Positions 40,458-48,806 of a stretch of 64,000 nucleotides of DNA are shown here, piece after piece. Location of the stretch: the NCBI GenBank assembly GCA_016781135.1, contig JADDQY010000076.1:48632-112631 (forward strand), written 5' to 3'. The notes beneath the pieces are model-generated. The model made no database searches. It was given only the letters and a program-made list of their open reading frames with translations, and was not told the origin of the DNA. The DNA is from Actinomycetota bacterium (GTDB taxonomy: Bacteria > Actinomycetota > Acidimicrobiia > Acidimicrobiales > CADCSY01). Made by a program: the position numbers and the translations under genes. Each line of letters opens with the position of its first letter. Position 1 is the first letter of the stretch.

Positions 40458-41879
40458 GTGGGCCGGGTGCCGCCACCCGCCGCCACCCTCGCACAGCTGC
40501 GTGCCTCGGGCTGGACCCCCTCATCGGTCAAGGACGAGCTCCGCCGCAACGCCATGGCCCGCATCGAGTCAGGCCGGCCACTGTTCGACGGCCTGCTCGG
40601 CTACGACGAGACCGTCCTGCCTCAGCTCGAGAACGCCGTGCTCGCCGGGCACGACGTCATCTTCCTCGGTGAGCGGGGCCAGGGGAAGACCCGGATGATC
40701 CGCAGCCTCGTCGGCCTGCTCGACGAGTGGCTGCCGATCGTCGCCGGCTCCGAGATCAACGACGACCCCTTCGCCCCGGTGTCGCGCTACGCCCGCGACC
40801 TGGTGGCCGAGCACGGCGACGACACGCCCGTGGAGTGGGTGCACCGCGACCGGCGCTTCGGGGAGAAGCTGGCGACCCCCGACACCTCCATCGCCGACCT
40901 CATCGGCGAGGTCGACCCCATCAAGGTGGCCGAGGGTCGCTACCTCGCCGACGAGTCGACCCTGCACTTCGGGCTCGTTCCCCGGACCAACCGGGGGATC
41001 TTCGCCATCAACGAGCTGCCCGACCTGGCCGAGCGCATCCAGGTGGGCCTGCTCAACGTGCTCGAGGAGCGCGACGTGCAGGTGCGGGGCTACAAGGTCC
41101 GCCTGCCCCTCGACGTGGTGCTGGTCGCCTCGGCCAACCCCGAGGACTACACCAACCGGGGCCGCATCATCACCCCGCTCAAGGACCGCTTCGGCTCCCA
41201 GATCCGCACCCACTACCCCGTCGAGGTGGGCATCGAGATGGCCATCGCCGCCCAGGAGACCCGTCCCGTCCCGACCGCTGGCGGCCGGCCGGTCACCGTG
41301 CCCGAGGAGCTGGCCGAGGTGGTGGCCACGGTGTCGCACCTGGCCCGCTCCAGCCCGCACGTGAACCAGCGCTCGGGGGTGTCGGTGCGTCTCACCGTGG
41401 CCAACCGGGAGACCCTCGTGGCCAACGCCACCCGCCGAGCGCTGCGCCTGGGTGAGCCCGAGGTGGTGCCCCGGGTGAGCGACCTCGACGCGCTGGTGGC
41501 CTCCACCGCCGGCAAGATCGAGATCGAGACCCTCGACGAAGGGCGGGACGAGGCGGTGGTGGCCGGGCTGTTCTCGGCCGCGGTGCTGACCGTGTTCCGC
41601 CGCCGGGTGCCGGCCGGCACCATCGCCGGCCTCGTGGCCGCCTTCGACGGCGGCCGGGTGGTCCACACCGGCGACGACCTGCCGTCGTCGGGTTACGTCG
41701 AGCTGGTGGCCTCGGTGCCTGCGCTGCGCTCCGCGGTGACCGCCCTCGCCGGCGCCGTCGACAGCCCCGCGGCGGTGGCGTCAGCCGTCGAGTTCCTCCT
41801 CGAGGGGCTGCACCTGTCGAAGCGCCTCAACAAGGACGTGGCCACCGACGGCCGCGCCGTCTACCGCTCGCGTCGATGA
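40458..41879 (+). CDS. AAA+ ATPase, Mg-chelatase ChlI/BchI-like
   Basis: It has Walker A FLGERGQGKTRM, Walker B GIFAINELPDL, and LLNVLEERDVQVRGYKVRLPLDVVLVASANPEDY. GTG 40458 is the chosen start. The upstream part of track ORF 40233..41879 overlaps the GH2 gene. Confidence 0.82.
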   Translation: MGRVPPPAATLAQLRASGWTPSSVKDELRRNAMARIESGRPLFDGLLGYDETVLPQLENAVLAGHDVIFLGERGQGKTRMIRSLVGLLDEWLPIVAGSEINDDPFAPVSRYARDLVAEHGDDTPVEWVHRDRRFGEKLATPDTSIADLIGEVDPIKVAEGRYLADESTLHFGLVPRTNRGIFAINELPDLAERIQVGLLNVLEERDVQVRGYKVRLPLDVVLVASANPEDYTNRGRIITPLKDRFGSQIRTHYPVEVGIEMAIAAQETRPVPTAGGRPVTVPEELAEVVATVSHLARSSPHVNQRSGVSVRLTVANRETLVANATRRALRLGEPEVVPRVSDLDALVASTAGKIEIETLDEGRDEAVVAGLFSAAVLTVFRRRVPAGTIAGLVAAFDGGRVVHTGDDLPSSGYVELVASVPALRSAVTALAGAVDSPAAVASAVEFLLEGLHLSKRLNKDVATDGRAVYRSRR

Positions 41880-41987
41880 ATCGCGCCCGCCAGTGACCGT
41901 CCGGGCCTGCCCACCCTTCCTGCTCATCGCCGCCTGGAGCACGTCCCAGCTGCGACGATCGACGAGGGACGGGAGGGGGGGCGGGTT

Positions 41988-44003
41988 GTGAGCCCTCGGG
42001 CTCGTTATTCGCGCTGGGACGGCACCCAGACCGGGTTCGACCTGGACGCCGAGGCGGTCATGGCCGAGTTGGCCGACGACCTGGTGCACCACGGAGACGC
42101 CAACGCCGCCCTGCGTCGCATGCTCCAGTCCGGGTTCCGCGACCGCAACGGCCAGGAGGTGCAGGGACTGAGGGAGCTGCTCGAGCGGCTGCGCCAGCGC
42201 CGCCGCGAGCGCCTCGAAGAGCGTGACCTCGGTGGCGTCTACCACGACATCGCCGAGCGTCTGCGTGAGGTCCTCGACCTCGAGCGGGCGGGCATCGACG
42301 CCCTGGAGGACGCCGCCCGGGCCTCGGGGGATCAGCGCCGCCAAGACGTGGTGGGAGAGGCCGCGGCCTCCCGCCGCCTCCAGCTCGACCTGCTGCCCCC
42401 CGACCTGGCCGGCCAGGTCCGGGAGCTGTCCAGCTACGACTTCGCCTCGCCAGAGGCTCGGGAGCGCTTCGAGGGCCTGGTCGACGAGCTGCGCCGCCAG
42501 CTCGCCCAGTCGTGGTTCGACCAGATGGCCGGAGCCATGGGCAACGTCTCTCCCGAGGAGTTGGCCCGGACCAAGGACATGCTGGCCGAGCTCAACTCCA
42601 TGCTCGAGCAGCGGGCTCGGGGGGAGGAACCCGACTTCGCCGGGTTCATGTCCCGCTACGGCGACTTCTTCCCCGAGCAGCCTGCCAACCTCGACGAGCT
42701 CCTCGAGCTCATGGCCCGGCGGATGGCCGCCACCCAGGCCATGCTCAACTCGATGACGCCCGAGCAGCGGGCTCAGCTCCAGGGTCTGTCCGACCAGCTG
42801 CTGGCCGACATGGACCTGCGCTGGCAGATGGACCAGCTGACCGCCAACCTGCGCCAGGCCTTCCCCGGAGCGGGCTGGGACCGCGAGTACGACTTCACTG
42901 GCACCGACCCGCTCAGCTGGGGCGAGGCCGCCGAGGTGCTGGGTGAGCTCGGCGACCTCGATCAGCTCGAGCACCTCATGCGCGGTGCCCCCAGCCCCGG
43001 GGCGCTGGGCGAGGTCGACCTGGAGCGGGCTCGGACGCTCCTGGGCGACGACGCCGCCACCAGCCTCGAGCGCCTCGCCGAGGTGGCCGAGATCCTGGCC
43101 GACGCCGGCTTCATCGAGCAGCGGGAGGGGCGCTTGCAGCTCACCCCCCGGGCCATCCGCACCATCGGCGCCCACGCCCTACGCCAGCTGTTCGACCGCC
43201 TGTCCCGTGACGCCGTCGGGCGCCACCAGATCACCCGGCTGGGCGTGGGGCACGAGCGGTCCTACGAGTCCAAGCCCTACGAGTTCGGCGACCCGTTCAA
43301 CCTCGACATCCACCGCACGGTCCGCAACGCCGTGGCCCGGTCGGGAGCAGGCACGCCCGTTCGCCTCCAGGCGGACGACTTCGAGGTGGAGCAGACCGAG
43401 CTGGCCACCCGGGCGGCCACCGTGGTGATGCTCGACGTGTCGCTGTCGATGGCCATGCGCGACAACTTCCTGGCCGCCAAGAAGGTGGCCATGGCCCTGC
43501 ACGCGCTGATCACCAGCCAGTTCCCCCGCGACTTCCTGGGGATGGTGAGCTTCGGGCGGCTGGCCCGGGAGCTGCGCCCCGAGCAGCTGCCCGAGGTGTC
43601 GTGGGACTTCGAGTACGGCACCAACATCCAACACGGGCTGGCCCTGGCCCGGCGCATGCTGGCTCGGGAGCGAGGCACCAAGCAGGTGGTGATGATCACC
43701 GACGGCGAGCCGACCGCCCACCTCGAACCCGGCATGGACCAGGCGTTCTTCCACTACCCCCCGGTTCGGGCCACCGTCGACGCCACCCTGGCCGAGGTCA
43801 ACCGCTGCACCCGCGAAGGCATCCGCATCAACACCTTCATGCTCGACGCCACCGACCACCTGCAGCGCTTCGTGGAGCACCTGACCCGCCTCAACCGGGG
43901 CCGGGCCTTCTTCACCACCCCGGAGACGCTGGGCGACTACGTGCTGGTCGACTTCCTCGACCAGCGCCGCTCGGCCAGCCCCAGGAGCGGCCGCAGCGCC
44001 TGA
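41988..44003 (+). CDS. von Willebrand factor A (VWA) domain protein, partner of the preceding AAA+ ATPase
   Basis: The 671-aa product has a long helical Glu/Arg/Leu-rich N-terminal part. The C-terminal VWA domain carries the MIDAS motif VVMLDVSLSM and later MITDGEPTAH. Confidence 0.82.
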   Translation: MSPRARYSRWDGTQTGFDLDAEAVMAELADDLVHHGDANAALRRMLQSGFRDRNGQEVQGLRELLERLRQRRRERLEERDLGGVYHDIAERLREVLDLERAGIDALEDAARASGDQRRQDVVGEAAASRRLQLDLLPPDLAGQVRELSSYDFASPEARERFEGLVDELRRQLAQSWFDQMAGAMGNVSPEELARTKDMLAELNSMLEQRARGEEPDFAGFMSRYGDFFPEQPANLDELLELMARRMAATQAMLNSMTPEQRAQLQGLSDQLLADMDLRWQMDQLTANLRQAFPGAGWDREYDFTGTDPLSWGEAAEVLGELGDLDQLEHLMRGAPSPGALGEVDLERARTLLGDDAATSLERLAEVAEILADAGFIEQREGRLQLTPRAIRTIGAHALRQLFDRLSRDAVGRHQITRLGVGHERSYESKPYEFGDPFNLDIHRTVRNAVARSGAGTPVRLQADDFEVEQTELATRAATVVMLDVSLSMAMRDNFLAAKKVAMALHALITSQFPRDFLGMVSFGRLARELRPEQLPEVSWDFEYGTNIQHGLALARRMLARERGTKQVVMITDGEPTAHLEPGMDQAFFHYPPVRATVDATLAEVNRCTREGIRINTFMLDATDHLQRFVEHLTRLNRGRAFFTTPETLGDYVLVDFLDQRRSASPRSGRSA

Positions 44004-44038
44004 TCGGAGGCAGGCGCAGGGCCGGGCCCCCTGGCTCC

Positions 44039-44054
44039 CAGAACGTGTGTTCGC
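44039..44054 (+). promoter_or_regulatory. LexA (SOS) box upstream of imuA'
   Basis: cAGAAC-GTGT-GTTCGc matches the actinobacterial SOS box TCGAAC-N4-GTTCGA in 10 of 12 half-site positions. The core GAAC-N4-GTTC occupies 44041..44052, 15 nt before the ATG at 44067. Confidence 0.75.
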
Positions 44055-44066
44055 TAACGTGGGGGG

Positions 44067-44861
44067 ATGGCGTTGGCCCGGCCGAGGGACGTCGAGGCGC
44101 TCCACCAGGCGGGTGAGTGGGCCCGCCCCGTCACCCTGGTCAGCGAGCAGCTGCTGCCGGTGTTGTCGTCCCTCGAGCCCCTCCTGCCCGACGGTGGCCT
44201 GCGCCGGGGCAGCACGGTCACCGTCGATGGCGCGCCAGGGGCCACCACGCTGGCGTTGGCGCTGGGTGCGGCGGCCTCGGCGAGCGGGTCCTGGGTGGCC
44301 GCTGTGGGCCTGCCCTCGCTCGGGCTGTCGGCGGCGGCTGAGCTGGGGGTCGCCCTCGAGCGGATGGTGGTGGTCACCTCCCCGCCGGCCCAGGCGTGGG
44401 CCACGGTGGTGGCCGCCCTGATCGACTCCGTCGAGCTGGTGTGGGTCGGCCTGCCCCGCCGGGTGGCGGCCGGTGATGCCCATCGCCTGGCCGCCCGGGC
44501 CCGCGAGCGCGGCTCGGTGCTGGTGCCCCTCGCTGCTCGGGGCGCCACCGCCACCTGGCGTGCCCGCGGTGCCGCCTGGCCCGAACCCGCTGACATCCGC
44601 CTGGTGGTGTCCTCGACCACCTGGGCCGGGCTGGGGGGCAGCGGCGCCGGCCGCCTGGAGGCTCGCCGGGTTGAGGTGGTCGCCACCGGGAGAGGCGCCG
44701 CCTCCAGGGAGCGGCGGGTGCCGTTGTGGCTGCCCGGCCCCGACGGCCGGGTGCTGGCGTTGGGAGCACCGAGCGCTCCCGTTCTTCGTCGGTTCGACCA
44801 TCTACGACGTGATCCCTTCGACAAAGAACGAGGAGGGGGGAGCCAGGGGGTGGCCGGGTGA
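44067..44861 (+). CDS. imuA': ImuA'-like SOS mutasome accessory protein (degenerate RecA/KaiC-like fold)
   Basis: It contains GSTVTVDGAPGATTLALALGAAASASGSWVAAVGLPSLGLSAAAELGV...ALIDSVELVWVG...RLAARARERGSVLV, a pattern seen in actinobacterial ImuA' proteins. It is preceded by a LexA box, overlaps imuB (GTGA), and dnaE2 lies downstream. Confidence 0.7.
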   Translation: MALARPRDVEALHQAGEWARPVTLVSEQLLPVLSSLEPLLPDGGLRRGSTVTVDGAPGATTLALALGAAASASGSWVAAVGLPSLGLSAAAELGVALERMVVVTSPPAQAWATVVAALIDSVELVWVGLPRRVAAGDAHRLAARARERGSVLVPLAARGATATWRARGAAWPEPADIRLVVSSTTWAGLGGSGAGRLEARRVEVVATGRGAASRERRVPLWLPGPDGRVLALGAPSAPVLRRFDHLRRDPFDKERGGGSQGVAG

Positions 44862-46486
44862 CGCGTGGGAGCGCGGTGAGGCGGGGGAGCGCAGTGCGCA
44901 CCCTGGTGGCGTGGTGTCCCGACTGGCCGGTGGTGGCCGCTGGGGTGGCGCTCGACCAGGCGGCGGCGGTCGTGGGAGGGGCCGGTGGGCGGGTGTTGGC
45001 GTGCTCGGCTGCGGCTCGGGCCCAGGGGGTGCGACGGGGCCTGCGTCGGCGCGAGGCCGAGGCGCGTTGTACGGGCCTGCGGATGCTGGCGGCCAACCCC
45101 GACGGCGAGGCTCGGGCCTTCGAGGCGGTGGCGGCGGCGCTGGCGTCGCTCAGCCCCCGACTGGAGGTGCTGCGACCCGGTACCGTCGCCCTGCCCACCC
45201 GGGGCCCGTCGCGGTACTTCAGGGGCGACCGTGCCCTCACCGACCGGGCCGCCGCTCTCGGTGAGGAGGTCCTGGCCGGTCGGGGGCACTGCCAGGTGGG
45301 AGTGGCCGACGGGCTCTTCGCCGCTGTCCTGGCCGCTCGGCGGGGTGTGGTGGTCGAGCCCGGGGGCAGCGCCGCCTTCTTGGCCCCGTTCCCCGTGGCC
45401 GCCCTCGACCTCGCCGCCTCACTCGGCACCTCGTCTTCCGCCGAGCTCGCCGAGCTCGCCAACCTGTTTCGCCGCCTCGGCCTGCGCACTCTCGGCGACG
45501 TCGCCGCCCTGCCCGCTGCCCAGCTCGCCGGACGCTTCGGCCCAGCCGGCGTCAGGGTGGCCACCTGGTGCCGGGGACTCGACGACCGCCCACCCCACCC
45601 CCGGGTCCCCCCGCCCGATCTCACGGTGGTCGCCGAGCTCGACCCCCCGGCCGACCGGGTCGAGGCCGCCGCCTTCGTGGCCCGGGCGCTGGCCACCGAG
45701 TTGGGCGAGCGCCTGGCAGCGGCGGGGCAGACCTGCACCCGGGTGCGCATCGAGGCCGAGACCGAGCACGGCGAGACGCTGTCGCGGCGCTGGCGGACCG
45801 AGGGCCTCGTGCTGGCCGTCGCCCTGGTGGAGCGGGCCCGTTGGCAGCTCGACGGATGGTGCAACGGGACCGGGGCGGTGCGACCCACCGGCGGCATCGC
45901 CGTCCTGCGGCTGGTGCCCGAGGAGGTCCGAGCCGATCGGGGCCTCCAGCTCGGCTTCTGGGGCGGGGCCACCGCGGCCGACGAGCGGGCCGCCCGGGGG
46001 GTCGCCCGCCTCCAGGGCCTGCTCGGTCCCGAGGCGGTGACCGTCCCCCGGTGCCGCGGCGGCCGTGGCCCCGCCGAGCAGGTGGTGCTGGTGCCCGCCC
46101 ATGCCGGCGTGCCGGTGGGGAACGGGTCGAGCCACGCCTCGGCGGCCGAGGTGCAGGCTCCGTGGCCCGGTCGGATCCCGCCACCGTCACCCGCGTTGCT
46201 CACCGTCGCCGTTGCCCCGCCCGTCGAGGTGCTCGACGCCACCGGTGCGGCGGTGGCGGTCACCGGGCGGGGGATCGCCACCGCGGCCCCAGCGCGGATC
46301 TCGGTGGCCGGCGGCTCGTGGTTCGAGGTGGTGGCCTGGGCCGGCCCGTGGCCGGTCGACGAGCGCTGGTGGGACCAGGCTGCCCGCTGCCGCCGCGCCC
46401 GTATCCAGGTGGCCACCGCCGCCGGCGAAGCCCACCTCCTCATCCTCAACGGCGGCCGCTGGGCCCTCGAGGCCACCTACGATTGA
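44858..46486 (+). CDS. imuB: ImuB, Y-family-polymerase-like SOS mutasome protein
   Basis: The N-terminus RTLVAWCPDWPVVAAG ... VLACSAAARAQGVRRGLRRREAEARC is typical of ImuB. The product is 542 aa and sits between imuA' and dnaE2. Confidence 0.85.
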   Translation: MTRGSAVRRGSAVRTLVAWCPDWPVVAAGVALDQAAAVVGGAGGRVLACSAAARAQGVRRGLRRREAEARCTGLRMLAANPDGEARAFEAVAAALASLSPRLEVLRPGTVALPTRGPSRYFRGDRALTDRAAALGEEVLAGRGHCQVGVADGLFAAVLAARRGVVVEPGGSAAFLAPFPVAALDLAASLGTSSSAELAELANLFRRLGLRTLGDVAALPAAQLAGRFGPAGVRVATWCRGLDDRPPHPRVPPPDLTVVAELDPPADRVEAAAFVARALATELGERLAAAGQTCTRVRIEAETEHGETLSRRWRTEGLVLAVALVERARWQLDGWCNGTGAVRPTGGIAVLRLVPEEVRADRGLQLGFWGGATAADERAARGVARLQGLLGPEAVTVPRCRGGRGPAEQVVLVPAHAGVPVGNGSSHASAAEVQAPWPGRIPPPSPALLTVAVAPPVEVLDATGAAVAVTGRGIATAAPARISVAGGSWFEVVAWAGPWPVDERWWDQAARCRRARIQVATAAGEAHLLILNGGRWALEATYD

Positions 46487-46911
46487 TGGTTCGGGCGTCG
46501 TGGTCGCACCTGTTCGCACACATCAGCGACCAGAACGGCGAGGTCGTGGTCACTACCGTGGTGCCGGTGTCGACGCTGCCCCCGCCCTCCGAGCCCGAGG
46601 GTCAAGCGACACCCACCGAGGCCGAGGAGCGGGTCGGGCGCCTGACCGACCTCCTACGGGACCTGCGCCGACGACTGGAGGGCTACCAGGGCATCGTCGA
46701 CCCGACCCCAGATGACCTGGCGACGTGGGACACCGTGCTCTACACCTACGACGATGCTCTGGTCGCCATCGCCGACCTCCTCGACCTCGAGGTCCCGCCC
46801 GAGGCGCGCGACGAGATGAACGTCGAGCAGCGCAGCGAGCTCGAAGCCGCACTGGCGGGTGCCGGCATCGACCTGACCGCGCCGGGCACGACGACCACTC
46901 GAAGCGACTGA
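46486..46911 (+). CDS. Hypothetical 141-aa protein, start/stop-overlapped with imuB; shares a module with the 21282..21989 protein
   Basis: ATG 46486 overlaps the imuB TGA (TGATG). GC3 is high throughout. It corresponds to the last 141 codons of track ORF 45568..46911. The module reads RRRLEGYQGIVDPTPDDLATWDTVLYTYDDALVAIADLLDLEVPPEARDEMNVEQRSELEAALAGAGIDL. Confidence 0.55.
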   Translation: MVRASWSHLFAHISDQNGEVVVTTVVPVSTLPPPSEPEGQATPTEAEERVGRLTDLLRDLRRRLEGYQGIVDPTPDDLATWDTVLYTYDDALVAIADLLDLEVPPEARDEMNVEQRSELEAALAGAGIDLTAPGTTTTRSD

Positions 46912-46931
46912 CCAGTCACATGACTGCGGTC
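46910..46931 (+). terminator. Stem-loop at the stop codon of the 46486..46911 ORF
   Basis: GACCAGTCA-ca-TGACTgcGGTC is an inverted repeat with a 2-nt bulge. Confidence 0.25.
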
Positions 46932-47270
46932 GTGAACGACGACCGTGTTCCGGGGCCTGGCTGATCCCACCGGCGGTCGGCAGGTGGGGACGAGACCACC
47001 GGGGTCACCTGGGAGATCAGCCGAGCAGGGCCAGCGATGCCTGCTGACCGTGGTCCACGGTCGACCACCGAGGGCAGGTACCAGTCGGCAACGACCGGGG
47101 GGCCGTTGATCCTCTCCAGCCTCGAGACCCCCTCGAGAGCGGTGAGGCCCTGACCGGCTGACCGCCCCACGACCGGTTTCGAGGCAGGTGGCGACGGTAG
47201 AGGTCGCCCTGCGCGGATGCTCGACAAACTCGGGCGGGCACGACGGGCCAGGCGACGGTAGCGTGCTCTG

Positions 47271-48767
47271 GTGGTCGGAGGCGAGGAGGAAACCATCGAA
47301 AACCCCGTCGTCCTCGTCTCCCACCGCGGCCCGGTGCAGTTCGCTCGCCAGGGCAACGAGCGCACCGTCGATCGGGGTGGCGGGGGCCTGGTCACCGCCC
47401 TGTCGGGGTTGATCCCCGATCTCGACCATGCCGTGTGGGTCTGTGCCGCACTCACCGACGAGGACGAGGTCGTGGCGGCCGAGCACGACGGCGCGGGGTT
47501 CGACGTGGGGGAGGGCAACGACCACGTACGCCTGCGCATGGTGGTGGTCGACGACGAGACCCACGACCAGTTCTACAGCATCGTCGCCAACCCGCTCCTG
47601 TGGTTCATCCAGCACCAGCTTTGGGACACCAAGGTGTCGCCGGAGCTCACCCGGCGCGAGCACGACGCCTTCACCGACGGCTACGTTGAGGTCAACCGCA
47701 GCTTCGCCCACGCCGTGGTGGAAGAGGTCGAGGCCAGCGGTGGCGCCGCCACCGTCATGGTCCACGACTACCACTTCTACCTGCTCCCCGAGCTGGTCCG
47801 GGAGCGTTGCCCGGAGGTCTTCCTCCACCACTTCGTGCACATCCCCTGGCCTTCGTCCGACGCCTGGCGGGTGCTGCCTCCGGTGATGCGCGAGGCGATC
47901 TTCAACGGGATGCTCGGCAACGATGTGGTTGCGTTCCACACCGAGCGCTCCGCCCGCAACTTCGTCCTCGGCTGCGAGGAGCTGCTCGACCTGCCCGTCG
48001 ACCTCGATGCCCGCAGCGTCACCGTGGGCGATCGCTCGGTGGTGGCCCGGGCCTACCCCATCTCCATCGATGCCGACGACTTCGAGGCCCGGGCGGCGTC
48101 GGATCCCGTGACCGAGCACCGGGAGGCGCTCGAGAGCACCCGCCGCGACCACCTGCTGCTGCGAGTCGACCGCACCGATCCCTCGAAGAACATCGTGCGG
48201 GGCTTCCGGGCCTTCGACCTGCTGCTGCGTGACCATCCCGAGCTGGCCGGGCAGGTGAGCTTCCTCGCCCTGTTGCAGCCCAGCCGCCAGGACGTCGAGG
48301 AGTACGCCGACTACACCGCCTTGATCCGGCGGGTGGTGGCCGACGTCAACCTCGAGCACGGCACCGCCGACTGGCAGCCCATCGACCTGCGCCTCGAGGA
48401 GGACCTCGACCTGGCCGTGGCCGCCTACACCCTCTTCGACGTGCTGGTGGTGAACGCCGTCGTCGATGGCATGAACCTGGTGGCCAAAGAGGCGGTGCTG
48501 GTCAACCGGCGCAACGGGGTGCTGGCGCTGTCGGAGAACGCCGGGGCCCACGAGGAGCTGGGGAAGCTGGCCGTGACCCTGTACCCGTTCGACCTCCAGC
48601 AACAGGCTGATGCCCTCTACGAGGCCATCACCATGCCCACCGACGAGCGCCGTCGCCGGCGGGAGGCGGCCGCCGACCATGTGCGCAGCCACGACGTGTC
48701 GGGCTGGTTCGGCGCTCAGCTCGACGACATCGCCTGCCTGCGGAGCTTGCCGGAGGCGTCGACGTAG
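47271..48767 (+). CDS. otsA: Alpha,alpha-trehalose-phosphate synthase (GT20)
   Basis: It contains VVLVSHRGPVQF...GGLVTAL, HDYHFYLLP, FLHHFVHIPWPS, RVDRTDPSKNI and VVNAVVDGMNLVAKE. Confidence 0.9.
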   Translation: MVGGEEETIENPVVLVSHRGPVQFARQGNERTVDRGGGGLVTALSGLIPDLDHAVWVCAALTDEDEVVAAEHDGAGFDVGEGNDHVRLRMVVVDDETHDQFYSIVANPLLWFIQHQLWDTKVSPELTRREHDAFTDGYVEVNRSFAHAVVEEVEASGGAATVMVHDYHFYLLPELVRERCPEVFLHHFVHIPWPSSDAWRVLPPVMREAIFNGMLGNDVVAFHTERSARNFVLGCEELLDLPVDLDARSVTVGDRSVVARAYPISIDADDFEARAASDPVTEHREALESTRRDHLLLRVDRTDPSKNIVRGFRAFDLLLRDHPELAGQVSFLALLQPSRQDVEEYADYTALIRRVVADVNLEHGTADWQPIDLRLEEDLDLAVAAYTLFDVLVVNAVVDGMNLVAKEAVLVNRRNGVLALSENAGAHEELGKLAVTLYPFDLQQQADALYEAITMPTDERRRRREAAADHVRSHDVSGWFGAQLDDIACLRSLPEAST

Positions 48768-48779
48768 GGCTCGACGGGG

Positions 48780-48793
48780 CGAACGTATGTTCG
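48780..48793 (+). promoter_or_regulatory. LexA (SOS) box upstream of dnaE2
   Basis: CGAAC-GTAT-GTTCG has both pentamer half-sites perfect against TCGAAC-N4-GTTCGA. It lies 14 nt upstream of the GTG start at 48807. Confidence 0.8.
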
Positions 48794-48806
48794 GTACCCT
48801 CGACGT

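Noticed and set aside
45568-46485. The N-terminal 306 codons of the 447-aa plus-strand track ORF 45568..46911.
   Set aside because: This part overlaps imuB out of frame and is Arg/Gly/Pro-rich junk. Only the segment from ATG 46486 onward is treated as coding.
46912-47270. A possible gene or second SOS box in the 360-bp gap between the imuB-coupled ORF and otsA, for example GAAC-N9-GTTC at about 46934-46950 and minus-strand ORFs 46916..47539 and 47017..47241.
   Set aside because: The spacing is wrong for a LexA box, which needs N4. The ORF products are Arg/Pro/Ser-rich with no motifs and overlap otsA. The region stays unannotated.
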